This document shows positions 23,621-35,915 of a stretch of DNA of 64,000 nucleotides, piece by piece (the stretch's first letter is position 1; the number at the start of each line of letters is the position of its first letter). The stretch spans positions 2,353,603 through 2,417,602 of the forward strand of contig MU057051.1 of the NCBI GenBank assembly GCA_013239625.1. The letters are read 5' to 3'. A model generated the notes under the pieces. That model had not been told where the DNA came from. It did not search any database and saw nothing but the letters and a program-made list of their open reading frames with translations. Source of the stretch: Lama guanicoe. Its lineage: Eukaryota. The translations under genes were made by a program, and so were the position numbers.

Positions 23621-25382
23621 GAGGAGGCTTCCTCGGATCAGTCACTGTGAGTGAAATGCAGAGGCCCAAGTGAGAGAGCTGTTCTTCCCTTCAGGACACA
23701 GGGAGAGGCAGGGTTTCGTGGGGATTAAGCACATGGGCTCTGCACGGAGACTGTCTGAGTTCAAATCCTGGCTCTGCCACTGGGGGCAAGTTACTCTGTG
23801 AACTTCACTTTCCTCACCATCCGTGATCCGGCAGCAGGGCTGTTGTGAAGATCAGGAGCCCTTGGTGGGGTAATGGGCAGAACTCTCTGCAGACGTTAGC
23901 ACTTACTGCTGTCATTATCCCAGGCAATCCCTGAATGCTCTTTGCTTTTCCTTTGAAGCGTTTCTTGCATATTGCTTTGACCCCGCTTTTGCAACAGTGA
24001 CTGCCGTGTCCTCTGCACCTGCGTCTTGCCGCCTTCACCTCACATCTGGGTTTCGGCCCGTTTAGGAAACTGGCCTTGCTGGCTTGCTTTCTTCCCCTGC
24101 AACCAGCCTGTGGACCAGCCCCAAACCCAGACCCCTTAAGCGTCAAGTCGCAGTCACTTCTTTGCTCAAGAGCCTTAATGCTCCCTTTTTCAGAGATGCA
24201 CCAGTCTGGCCCATTGTCCCTTCACAGATGAGAGAACCAAGACCAGAGGGGCTAAATGAGGATGCCCCTCTCTGAGCTGTTTGGTACTGGGTTCTTCTGC
24301 TCTTGATCCTGACTCCTTCCCTGTAACAGGTGGTCCTGTTTTTCCCACCGCCCTCGTCTGGTGCTCTGTAATCTCTCAGCTCCGGGGCTTCTCCAAACCC
24401 TCCGTGGGAGACACAGATACAGGGCAGAAAATGGACCTGCATGAGCCATACTGTCAGTCGCTCTGAGTTTGCATTCCAGCCCTCCCCTAACTAGCTGAGT
24501 GCCCTTGAGCAAGCACGGTAACTGTCGCGAGCCTCAGGTTCCTAATCATTGAGAGAGATGTTATGAGAGCTCCTCGTAGGCTGGGTGAGGGTGGGAGATG
24601 GGGTCATAGACTACGGGAAGGGTGTGGTAGTGTGTCTGGCACAGAGCGTGGGGCTCTGGAGTGTTGCAGCCCCTTCTCTCTGGTCACGTGGGTGGCCCCA
24701 GCCCCAAGAGCCCACCAGGACTGTCTGTACACGCTGCTCCCACTTGACCCCTCCTTTCCTTTCCACTTTACACCCCTAGTCACCCCGAGGGCTCAGCAAC
24801 CCCCTTCCCCACGAGCTGTCCTCTGTGTTCTGAATTCCCCAAAGCTTCTACCTCACTGCTTTACATCCAGAGTTAGAACTCCAGCGAGAGGCCAAGCCCT
24901 CGTTTCAGAAATACGTTTTCAACATCCTCAAAGACAGAAGCCAGGCTGTTCGCGGGCCAAGGTGCTGGGAGCTGAGTGATTTGGGGCGTTTTAGAGTTGG
25001 TTGAATGATGCTCATTAGGAGTTGAAAAGACTTCCTTAGCAGACCCCAAGGGGCCGCACTCAGACACCCAATGGAAGGCATGAAAGCAGAGGGGCAGGAC
25101 CTGCGCAGCCTTGCAGGGGAGCCCTCAGGATGAACCCCTTCTTAGGAAAATCGGAGGGGCCAGTTCTTGTCAGGTGTGAGCCCACTGCTCCCACGTCTGT
25201 CTGTTGTTCTGATCTTAGAGGAACCCAGGAGCCCCACCAGGGGCCGCCCAGGGCCTTTACAGCAAGGAGGAAGTGTGTCGTTTGCACAGGGCCTCAGAGG
25301 CCCTATGATAGCAATAGGGTAGCAGTCCCTCCCCAGCAGGTAAACTGAGCAGAGTCTGTTACAGTGCAGGCGGCCTTGGGAA

Positions 25383-25432
25383 GGGGTGTGGCTTATCCGG
25401 GGCTGTGGCTTATCCGGGGGTGTGGCTTATCC
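25383..25432. repeat. Three tandem 16-17-bp units, consensus GGGG(G/C)TGTGGCTTATCC
   Basis: Units at 25383-25398, 25399-25415 and 25416-25432. Confidence 0.95.
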
Positions 25433-27404
25433 AGTGCACAGAACCGGGGCTGCTTTCCTCCCTCAGTGTGGGCCAAGCCAAGCCCACACTGGGGGAAATG
25501 CTTATTTGTTTTCTCCTAAATATAAAAATCTATTTATCTGACTTGAGGGGATACAAAACATCTGTTTGCTGGTAGACTGTCATCTTGTTTATATTTTCCA
25601 TTTTTAGGAGTGGGTGGGACTTTCCTCCAGAAACTGCTAATTTCCTGAAAACCTGGACCAGACCTGGGACTTGTTATGTCTTTGTAGGTTTTATTTGGTT
25701 TATGTGTGCATATATTTATAGTTAAATCTCTAAAAGAGACCCCAAAGAGGGGGAAAAAAACAATGAATCCAATTCTCCAAAGGCTTTGAAAAGATAGCTT
25801 CACTTAAACTTAGCAAAGGACTAAAATACAACCTCACCAGCAAATATTTACCCTCTATATGGGGATTATCCAAAGCAGGGTCTCTAATAAGACATTTTCT
25901 GCATCACTTCCTGCTCACTGGGAAAGGTTAAAGGTTGGCCACTAGATTTTTAACAAGACTTCCCAGCAGTCTTCCTGTGCTGAGAGAGGACTGCCCCACC
26001 TTGAGTCTGCTAGGGCATTGGCTTTCAGTGACTGATAGCTCCCTTTGTCTCAGCCAAAGTAGAAAATAGAAATATCACCTAAAAAATATGAAGCCAGCTC
26101 CCCCACCATCCTTCCCGTCTAGAATGTATTGCATCCACAGGCAAAGGGAAATTTATAGTCTTCTCAGCATTCTATGATCTATTACCTTTTCCTCTTAAAT
26201 ATTCATTAGAAAAATAATAAAGCCATGGACATAAGGACCTGAATGGTGTTATTGATGGCAGGCTTTGGGGTTGAGCTAATGCGCAAATTAAATCATCTCC
26301 TAAAGATCAGGGAGATGGTTGACAAGGGGCTTTTTTTCAGAAGGTGCTGAAATCTCCTTTATCCTCATTCTTTTAGGACTGTGGGGTCGAGGACAAGGGA
26401 CGGAGTGTACTGGAATGCAGATGGTGGTCCTCTGTGTGTAATCCCTGGGGCATAAGGGTGACTCCAATTCTACTGGGAAGAGCTTGGAAATAGGGACTTC
26501 TTTGGCTTCTGAGCTTTTCTCAAGGGGAAATGAACCAAGAGCGTTTTTCAGCTCTGGTGGAAAGCTGTTCTAAAAGCTGAAAGCATCCAAGACTGAGGGT
26601 TTAGACTAGGTGGGAAAGCCTTGAATGGGACATTCTTTGGAAGGTGTCACCGCAGATGTTTTGACTTGGAGGAAAGAGCCAGGGATGAGGACAATCTCTC
26701 TGCTGTGAATGATAACAATGACATATACACTAGTTAGAGTGGACACTGATCTAAAGAACAATGCCAGTGGTTCTTGTTGTTTGCCTTCATCTCCCCAGGT
26801 TATGCTTTAATTACGCAAGGTGGAGGACATGGTGGGGACGCTATGCTGTTGGTCGAACCATCACACATGCCCACCATGCTCAGGGAAGTCCATTTCCAAA
26901 CTTTAATGGTCAGTTTGTGAACTTCATATTTAGTTTGTTCAGGAGATGATCCCGTTTAAACTTTTATTCTTTTAAGAAGCATGGCATGAGGTATACAGGT
27001 ACAAATTTTCCTCTAGAAGTTCACCTGTCTCTGTAGTAGTAAAACTCTGAAATAGGTACTTATTTTTTTTTTTAAAGCTTTCCAACTACTGGGGACAGCA
27101 AGGACTTTTGCCATTTAATTTTTGTTATTCCCCAGCTCATGAAAATGTATTTCTTAATCTTCCAGCTATAGATGTTCCCAATCAGAAAAAGCATAAACTT
27201 ATATGTTCTCTGTACTCCAGTAACTTATAATTTAAGGTTAACAACATGGCATGTACACAGAGAGGTGTGCAGAAAATACCCAAGTAGTCAGCATCAGTGG
27301 CAGGATGAAGACACGGGCTTTGGTCCAGGAGGGAGAGGAAAAGGAATTGTGTGAGTCACAGGGGCTGCTAGGTATTTAGATGAAAGATGAAAATCCCCAC
27401 TTTA

Positions 27405-27533
27405 GGGGGAGGGTATAGGTCAATGGTAGAGCGAGTGCTTAGCATGCATGAGGTCCTGGGTTCAATCCCTAGTACCTTGTTAAAAATAAATAAATAAACC
27501 TAATTACTTAACCCCCCCCAAATTAAAAAAAAA
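27405..27533 (+). mobile_element. Vic-1-type SINE
   Basis: tRNA-like head and A-rich tail; TSD core cccacttta (27396-27404 / 27534-27542). Confidence 0.92.
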
Positions 27534-29645
27534 CCCACTTTATATGTAGTTTGGTCAAATTTATATGGAAAAAATGACCAAGCCAGTGTTTTTAGCCCTT
27601 CTGATTACCAAATAAAATTATCTGGCTGGTTTGGCAAGTAAAGGTAATAACAGTGAAAATGACTGATCACGAAATGACATGACCTTAGTCAAAGAAAGGC
27701 TTTATGGAGAAGACAGCTTTGCAGGTCTCATCTACCACAGGTGAGGAGCGAGTGGTCCCATGCACTGAGGGAGCTATTCCAGGTGTGTGGTGTACGGAGG
27801 AGAAGCCAGGTCACATATAATAAGATGGGTGCCTTGTGGGTGCTCTTGCTTCCATGGGTAAACTTGAGGGCGGATTGAAATCGGCCATGCTCTGAAGCCC
27901 AGGACTGCTCAGCCTACCTGCCAGTGAGCCTCCGGGCTCCTTTTGATAGGGCTTAGATGCTGAGTAAGGGGGTACCAGGCCCGGGTGTCACCTCTGCTGG
28001 AGACCAGGGTCCACCCAGCTCTGCACCCTTGGGTATAGTGCTTGGCCTCCTGAGTTTCTGTTTCCTTATTAGTGGAATAAATGAGTTGGACTGGATGTTC
28101 TCCAGGATCCCTTCTAATTTTCTACTTCTATGAATCAGGTGTACTCTTTAAAACATCTACTTCTTCACTTGGGAAAATTGCAACGGTGAAGTCCTAGAAA
28201 GACAGAGAATCTCTCTCTCTCTCTTTTTTTTCCTTTTTCCAATTTGTTCTGCTTTTTTGAGTATGGAGGGGGAAAACTTTGCAAACTAGTACTTGAGGGA
28301 TAAAAGAGAAAGAAGACACGTGTGTGAGGCCGAGGGGTGGGGGCAGACCCCCTCACGGAGAGCACTGCTTCAGGCCCGCAGGGCGGGGGCATTCGCAGTT
28401 GTCACCCAGGGGCTCCTGCAGTCTTCCCAGGAGAGGGGGCTCACCCCCTAGTCTCCAGTGCAGCCCTCCTCAGCGCCTCCCTCCCGGGGCCTCTGGGCTG
28501 CAAGGGGCCAGGTGGCCTCTTCTTGGCTATGGCTTCGGGTTTGTCCCAGTGCTTTAGGGCTGCCTGCTTTTTGCCCTTTATACCTGCATGATTATCAAAG
28601 TAATACACACCACTTCAGAATAACAGGAAGCTACAGAAAAGTGCTAAGGAGCATGAAAACAAAATCAGCTCTAATCCTGTCACCCAGAGCTATTTACGTT
28701 TAAGTGCATTTTCTTCTAATGTATTCTTTTCCTTAACACAAGTGCACACATTTTGTAACCTGCTTTTTCTGTGCTCAACCTCATAGCACGTTTCCATGTC
28801 ATTAAATGTACCTGGGCCCACTTCATCCCCCACTGCTTCCTGTGCTGGCCCTCTCCTCTTGGTAGTCCTGACCGAGGCAGGGCGTGCCTACCTCTGCTCT
28901 TTTGTGCGTGCTGTTGACCTGTCTGAAGCACAGCCCCTCCCCATTCATTTTGAGTCCTATGGCTCTTTAGGGTGCTGTGTCCTCCATGAAGCCTTCCAGG
29001 ATATCCTGGAGGGCCCGCCTGATTGTCTCTCCATCCCTGACACCCCTCCCCTCTCCTAGACTCTGGTCCTCCAACACGTGCTTACTCTGGACAGTTTGGT
29101 CTCCTTTTATGTAGCTGCCCCACAGGCAGTAGAGTGATGGGAAATATTTAACATCGGCTCCCTGGAAAGAAATGTATGCATATGTATACATACGTAATTT
29201 ATTATGTAGTCTATTAATATCAAGGCTATGTATTACACAGTTTATAAGGAATAATAAAATATTGAGTACTCTTTATTGTAAACTCCGTATAGCCAACTGG
29301 CTCTCACAAAACATTCCTGTTGACTTTTGCTGGACTTTTCTATCACTAGCCAGCCCCCTGGATGCGAGTGATGAACGTGGATCGTTCTAATAGAAATGAT
29401 AGTTGATACTTTCATTTACGTGGAGTAAGACAAAACTGAAACAATGAAGACCTGTTTCAGAACTTAAACCATTCAACAATGACATAAGCTGCTTCTCGGC
29501 TGTATCAGATGATTGCTTTAGAATCCTGGAAGAGCATCTCCTCAGTTTTTTGTGCTGTTTATAGTTGGAACCGCTACAGACACAGTACACTTTTCAGTTT
29601 AATCCTCATAGTCAACATTTTACCTTGATAGTTAAGGCTTTCTTA

Positions 29646-29858
29646 AGGGGCCTGCAATTTCTGGCCTGTCAAATCTTGCCCATCTCCTATTTATGTAAAT
29701 AAAGTTTTATTGGAACACAGCCACATTCATTCGTTTATTGTCTGTAGCTGTGTTTGTGCCACAATAGAGAACTATGTAGTCACAACCGAGACCATATGAC
29801 CTACAAAGGGGAAAATATTTACTACCTAGCCCTTACCGAAAAGGTTTGCTGATACTTG
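29646..29858 (+). mobile_element. MER58A hAT MITE
   Basis: 'gtaaataaagttttattggaacacagccacattcattcgttta...aaaatatttactacctagcccttaccgaaaaggtttgctga'. Confidence 0.8.
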
Positions 29859-30517
29859 CTCTACATACTCAGCAAAACAATAAATCAAACCTTGATTAAT
29901 TATTTTCATCTATATTTTTATGTATTTATTTATGTAAAATACATTTGTAGTGTTTGCCAATTTCCATGTGTAAATACAGTCATCATGTAGCTACCAGCGT
30001 GATGTTACTACTAAGGGGAGTTGGGAAGAGATGAACTTTGGCACATCAATATATAGTATTTCCATCATAAATCTTAGTAAATGTCAATAACGTCAAGAAC
30101 AGAGATAATACTGAAATATTGTAAAATAACTAGAACAGAGGAGTTTGAGTATTTACTACTGTTGTTTTTAACTTTATTTAATTGTAAGTTTCTAAGATTT
30201 AATTTTTATTTTTTATTTTTAAATTATTTTTAACTTTTTTTTTATTGAGTTATAATCATTTTACAGTGTTGTGTCAAATTCCAGTGTAGAGCACAATTTT
30301 TCAGTTATACATAAACATATATACATTCATTTTTTAATCTGTGAGCTACCATAAGATCTTGTATATATTTCCCTGTGCTATATAGTATAATCTTGTTTAT
30401 CTGTTCTGCATTTTGAAATCCCAGTCTGTCCCTTCCTACCCACTGCCCCCTTGGCAACCACAAGTTTGTATTCTATGTCTGTGAGTCTGTTTCTGTTTTG
30501 TATTTATGTTCTTTTTT

Positions 30518-30672
30518 NNNNNNNNNNNNNNNNNNNNNNNNNNNNNNNNNNNNNNNNNNNNNNNNNNNNNNNNNNNNNNNNNNNNNNNNNNNNNNNNNNN
30601 NNNNNNNNNNNNNNNNNNNNNNNNNNNNNNNNNNNNNNNNNNNNNNNNNNNNNNNNNNNNNNNNNNNNNNNN
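30518..30672. other. Assembly gap (N)
   Basis: N run inside the L1. Confidence 1.
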
Positions 30673-30825
30673 TTTTGAAGCAGGGTTCCTTCTGGATATA
30701 TGCCCAGGAGCAGGATTCCTGGGTCATATGGTAAGTCTATTCCTAGTCTTTTGAGGAATCTCCATACTGTTTTCCACAGTGGCTGTACCAAACTGCATTC
30801 CCTAGCACAATCTACCCAAGCAATA

Positions 30826-30959
30826 NNNNNNNNNNNNNNNNNNNNNNNNNNNNNNNNNNNNNNNNNNNNNNNNNNNNNNNNNNNNNNNNNNNNNNNNNNN
30901 NNNNNNNNNNNNNNNNNNNNNNNNNNNNNNNNNNNNNNNNNNNNNNNNNNNNNNNNNNN
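30826..30959. other. Assembly gap (N)
   Basis: N run inside the L1. Confidence 1.
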
Positions 30960-33519
30960 CTTGATCTCCAGAATATATAAGCAGCTCATATGGCTTAATA
31001 AGACAAAACAAACAACCCAATCCAAAAATGGGCCAAAGACCTAAACAAGCAATTCTCCAAGAAAGAAATACAAATGATCAGTAAGCACATGAAAAAATGC
31101 TCAATATCACTAATTATCAGAGAAATGCAAATCAAAACTACAATGAGGTATCACCTCACACCAGTCAGAATGGCCATCATTCAAAAGTCCACAAATGACA
31201 AAATGCTGGAGAGGCTGTGGAGAAAGGGGGAACCCTCCTACACTGCTGGTAAGATTTAATTTTTAAATAGTGGCTGTGCTTAACAATCAGCTCACAAAAT
31301 TCTTGAAAAAAAATTTTCTTTTTTTTACAAAAGTCTTGAAAATTTAACAACTGGCTCTATTGAGGGTGAGCAGTTTGATCTTTGGTGGGGAAATATGATC
31401 CCAGCCCATCTGGGTGGAACCCCAGCCCTGGGGGCAGTTCTGCCCTGGATAAGTGCATGCAAGGGTCTCATGGTCATCATAAGTCTCTACTTAAACTTGA
31501 AGAAAGAAGCCTCTTGTGTGTAGCAGGGGCTCCAATCCCATCTGTTGATCAGAAAATTGCCATGCAGTCTGGCCATTGTCGGAAGTTTAACCGTGAACCT
31601 CCACCCACCATGTGTGGAAATGAGTCATTCTGGACAGAGCCATCCAGAAGGCACAGATGGTGCCCTGACCCTGCACGACCTGGGATGAGTATTCTATGAG
31701 GCCAGAGCACAGGGTCTAGCCAGTCAGCCCTGTCAGCTCATGCCCAGCTTTTTGCTTTGGAAGTACCAACTTATATCCCCTCCCCTGCCCCTTCCCTAAC
31801 CCCAGAAAAGCAGGAGGGGCTGGCTGACTAAAGCCACCTCAGAGTTCCCTGGGGTCATGTGGCCTCGGCCTGGGAAGACAGTGGTTACGACCCCATGATG
31901 TGAACCAGCTGGTGTTTTCTCTAAGGTAATCCCGTGCCCCAAACCCTCCACTGTCAGCTGCTCCGTGGCTTTGGAAACAAGCATTTTCCCGGTGAGCTGC
32001 TTTGAGTCTGTTTAAAGCTGCAAAACAAGTGTGCTGAGGCACTGCATGAACCAGCAGGGAGAGGACCGGTGCCGGAGCTGTAGGGCTGGTGCCTCTTCCA
32101 CCGCCACCACCAGGCATGTGAGGTTGAGCTTGTCACTTAACCCCCTCGAGCCTGTTTCTTTTAGGTTAAATGCCTCACAGGATCACTGTGAGGTCGAGAT
32201 AATATACGTGAACACATGTAGCAAAGAGCAAGTGTAAGAGGACAGTGAACAGAACTGGCACCAGAAGATCTGCTGGAAACACTTTGTGCTAAGTGACCCA
32301 TACTCTCTAAAGAGATCACCCCCAAATCCAGGGCTCCCGAGGAGGGGGCCCAACTGTCATTCCTGCCCCCTCCCCTGGCCTCATGTAGTGAGACAGATGG
32401 GAGAAGGGCAGAGGGAGTTAGTGGGAGATGAATTTACTTCTGCCCTCCCATCATGCCTCTCATCTTGAGGTCCAGCTGGGGGCAGCTTTGGAAATCCCAC
32501 ATGGAGATGACAGGGTGAGGCCTGCAGGAGGCTGACTTGTCATACTGCTCCAGGCTGGATGCTTGCTCAGGTGCTGAGACCCTTGGCCCATCTGGTGGTA
32601 GGGATACATAGGTTGATGGAGTTTTGGAGAGAGTTTGTGGGGCTCTGTTTGAACGTGGAGGCTGTGCCTTGTTCGGCCATCTGAAGACAGGCAGCTCAGC
32701 CACGTGGGGAGAAACAGCTGGGGGATGGTGTGCCTGACAGGGTGGGATTCTCAGCTCAGCTCCCTTCAGCCCTTTGAGGGTGGGGAAGGAGATGCCAGCG
32801 GTTTCTGAGGCTCTGTACAGGAGGACAGAGTGGTGGGGGCACAGACCACTGGAGAAGCCAAAGGGGCCAGAGTTGTCCTTAGTGACAGATGAGCTGGGGT
32901 CACACTGACAGGGCCCTCGGAGCCACACACATTCTCAAAGGACCATTCCACAGCCAAGGCCACCAGCAGCACATGGGCCCAGAGTGGACCAGAGTGAGAC
33001 CAGACAGCCAGTGAGCAGTGAGGATCTCTGTCCCCACCACCTGTACCCCACCACCAGCTTTCCCAGAGAGGGTAGGCCCTGCAAAGGGAGGGGGAGCCAT
33101 TCCAGAACCAGGCCTGCTCTCCCAGCCCAGCCCACGGGACCCCTGTGAGGACTGAAAGAGTAGAACTCTGCCCGGCCCACTCCAGATCCCACCTCCTCCC
33201 TGAATCTAGCTCATGAAGGGGAAAAGGAAGAACGTCAAGTCACATGTGAGATGGAGGCTTTAGAATAAAATACAATGAAAAAAGACTTAATAACAGAACT
33301 GACCAAACGTTAAGAAATCTACTCAAGATGCTATTAAGGGGTGAAAAGGTATGACTTGATGGTACATGGTTGAAGGCAGGATGGGGTGAAATATAACACT
33401 GTTTCCTATTTCTACTCCTCTAAATTCAGACTGAACAATAAACCTGTAACATAAGCCTTAGTTTTTATAGTCTGTGGTCCCTTTGAACTTGGTGAATTGA
33501 ATCTAGTACATGTATAGAG

Positions 33520-33702
33520 CCTTGGGTCTCAAACTTCAGAACACATCGGAATCACCCAGAGGGCTTGTAAAACAGACTGTTGGCTCTGAACCCAGTTTCT
33601 GATCCAGTAGGTCTAGGGTGGGATCAAGAATCTGCATTTTTATCAAGGTCCCAGGTGATGTCAGTGTTGCTGGTCTGGGGACTGTAATTTGAGAATCACT
33701 GT
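33520..33702 (+). mobile_element. MER5A
   Basis: 'tctcaaacttcagaacacatcggaatcacccagagggcttgtaaaacaga...tttgagaatcactg'. Confidence 0.85.
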
Positions 33703-34089
33703 ACCTGGAATAGAGCATCACTGAAGTGTGTATTTAACACAGCTTTGAAAACAGGCCGCGGAATTTCCTAGGAGGCCAATAAAAATGATTTTATTTATCT
33801 CACTTTTCTGGGGGGAAACAATAGTGGAAAGTTGCATTGGTGTTCCTATATGTTAAAGAACGAACTGAAAATCCATCGCTCTACAGACAGCTGAGCCTGG
33901 AAGACCATCCAGGATTTCCCCGTGCTCATGAGGCCAGCTCTGCCCACGTAGATTAGGTGCTACAGCACACCTTGGAGCAGGGGCCCAATGTGCCTGGTCA
34001 GGGTTATGTAAGCAGGAACAGAGAGGTCATTCTGCTCGCTCCTAAGGAAGCAGGAGTCATCCTTGCACCGCCCCCCCCCCGCCCCCGCC

Positions 34090-34592
34090 ATCCTCACGCT
34101 TCATAGCCAGTCCTCTCTGGTCAGGCTGACATCTCCCCGTTAGAGGAAGTGCCCCTCCCATGTGGATCCTGCTCAGTCAGGTTGGGTAGATAGAGCTGAT
34201 TCTTCCCAAGGGGTGGGCATGCTTCCCAAACCAGGCCAATCAGAGAGCCCATCCTCCTGGCCAGTGTTGTCTATTTAGAGGTGAGCACCCAGCCAAGCAG
34301 AGTCCTTTCTGGGATGGTTGCCAGAGGTCTGCAATAAGGTATTATAATCTCTCTGGAATTTTAAGCTCTAAGGAGTGATGGCACTCCCAAGTGCCATCTG
34401 GAGGGAAGGAGAGAGAGGAAAAGAGAAAGAAAGAGAGAGGATTGAGAGACACTGTGTTTTTATTATAGGCATAGACCCAGCTCTACCCGAAGCCTGTGTT
34501 TTAGACATTGCTGTTTCGTGAGTAAATTCCCCTTTGGCTTAAGTTAATTTGAGTTGGATTTCTGTTCCTGTGACCAAAAGTCCCAGCTAATG
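34090..34592 (+). mobile_element. ERVL solo LTR, LTR33-like
   Basis: 'gggtgggcatg...ggccaatcagagagcccatcctcctggcca' and 3' end 'ccctttggcttaagttaatttgagttggatttctgttcctgtgaccaaaagtcccagctaat'. Confidence 0.65.
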
Positions 34593-35391
34593 AAATCAGT
34601 CATTGGGTATTATGTACTTTTTCACAGCTCTAAATATGTTGACTTTCCTCCATCCCCACTGTACTACCTGTCTTGGTAACAGCCTCCCAGCCCTGTGAGG
34701 AGTCTCCTTTGATTGCTCTGGGGACACCCTCGTGCAAGAAATGAATCCCCAGTGATGACTTGCCCAGTCCGTTGGACTTGGAGCGGCCTGGCTTCAGTAC
34801 ACAATGGCTCTTTCTAGCACATTTCCTGGGGCAATTGCAGCCTTGTGACTTCGAATGTGAGGTCTGATGCAAAGAAAAAGCTACCATCTGCCTCCAGCAC
34901 CCTTCTGGTGTTCAGCTCCTGGAGACTGTGGGCTGTGCCCCTTTGTTGCCCTGGGTCCAGTTTCACCTGCAAACCCTGACTATTGCAGGGAAAATCTCTT
35001 AGGGACCATTGTGTGTGAACCAGCAGCACGGGCTCTGTTACCAACACCAGGAACCTCCTTACAACTGTCACCCAATAAAGTTGTCAAAACATCCCAGCAG
35101 CCAGACCGTGACCTCCTAGTAACCTAGGTACAGCAGAACACGGATGGGTGGCCTGGGTGGTTCCAGACCATTAGCACGTCAATGCATTACCAAAACAGCT
35201 CCAACTTTACTTTACTTTACTGACCTTCAACTGAAGATTTCCTAGAAAGGGATTTAAATTACACACTGCCCAGCAAAACTTAATAAAAATTCCTCTCTAG
35301 ACATTGTTATTCTTTTTCCAGAGTGACAAACGCTGCCAGCAGCCTCTTCTCCCCGACTCATGGCCTGTAATACTTCTCATTCTTATGCTAA

Positions 35392-35570
35392 GCTGGTTCT
35401 TCAGGTTGGACCCCCAGGACCAACATCAGTGTTGGCATCACCTGGGATTTCATTAGAAATGCAAAGTCCTGGGCCCTACCCTAGTCCTCCTGAATAGGAA
35501 GTTTGCAGTGGGGCCCAGAAATCTGTGTTTTAACAAACCTTCCTGCCAGCTCAAGTTTGAGAACCAATGT
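35392..35570 (-). mobile_element. MER5A
   Basis: 'ggcatcacctgggatttcattagaaatgcaaagtcctgggcccta...aagtttgagaacca'. Confidence 0.8.
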
Positions 35571-35623
35571 CAAAACCACTGACCTAAGTGATTCATTCAG
35601 CTCCCGCCTGTTTCCAAAGCTCG

Positions 35624-35663
35624 CCTAGCAACACAAAAGACCACCCAGCAACACAAAAGACCA
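35624..35663. repeat. 20-bp tandem duplication
   Basis: cctagcaacacaaaagacca / cccagcaacacaaaagacca. Confidence 0.9.
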
Positions 35664-35915
35664 GGAGTGTTGAGAGGGGACCACCTATTGCTCCTCAAGC
35701 AAGCTCCTTGGTGGTCTCAACTCTGGCCTCAGATCATGTTTACTGGCTTCAGTCCATAAAATAGGGGCAAGTCTTTCCTTATTGTCACACTGGCATCCTG
35801 ACTGAGGACACACTGGTTCCTCTTGTCTCTGTTCCAGAGCCTCAAATACATCAGAGTATTTGGGTAGGGGCAAGACAGGGCTTACACTATCAGACAAAAC
35901 AGAATGAAGTGCAAT

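Larger units (their letters stand above)
30209..31249 (-). mobile_element. Camelid L1 with 5' inversion (3' part on - strand 30209-30802; inverted part on + strand ~30803-31249)
   Basis: Exact TSD taagatttaattttta at 30193-30208 and 31250-31265; ORF2 peptides on both strands ([16 protein letters not shown] on -, [27 protein letters not shown] on +). Confidence 0.93.
29127..31365 (+). mobile_element. MER63-family hAT (Blackjack-type) fossil, split by MER58A and L1
   Basis: 5' end 'cagtagagtgatgggaaatatttaacatcggctc' and 3' end 'tggctgtgcttaacaatcagctcacaaaattcttgaaa...tttaacaactggctct' resemble the MER63 termini. Confidence 0.7.

Noticed and set aside
25383-25432. CRISPR-like or telomere-like array
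   Set aside because: No spacers, only three contiguous units, eukaryotic context, and not TTAGGG.
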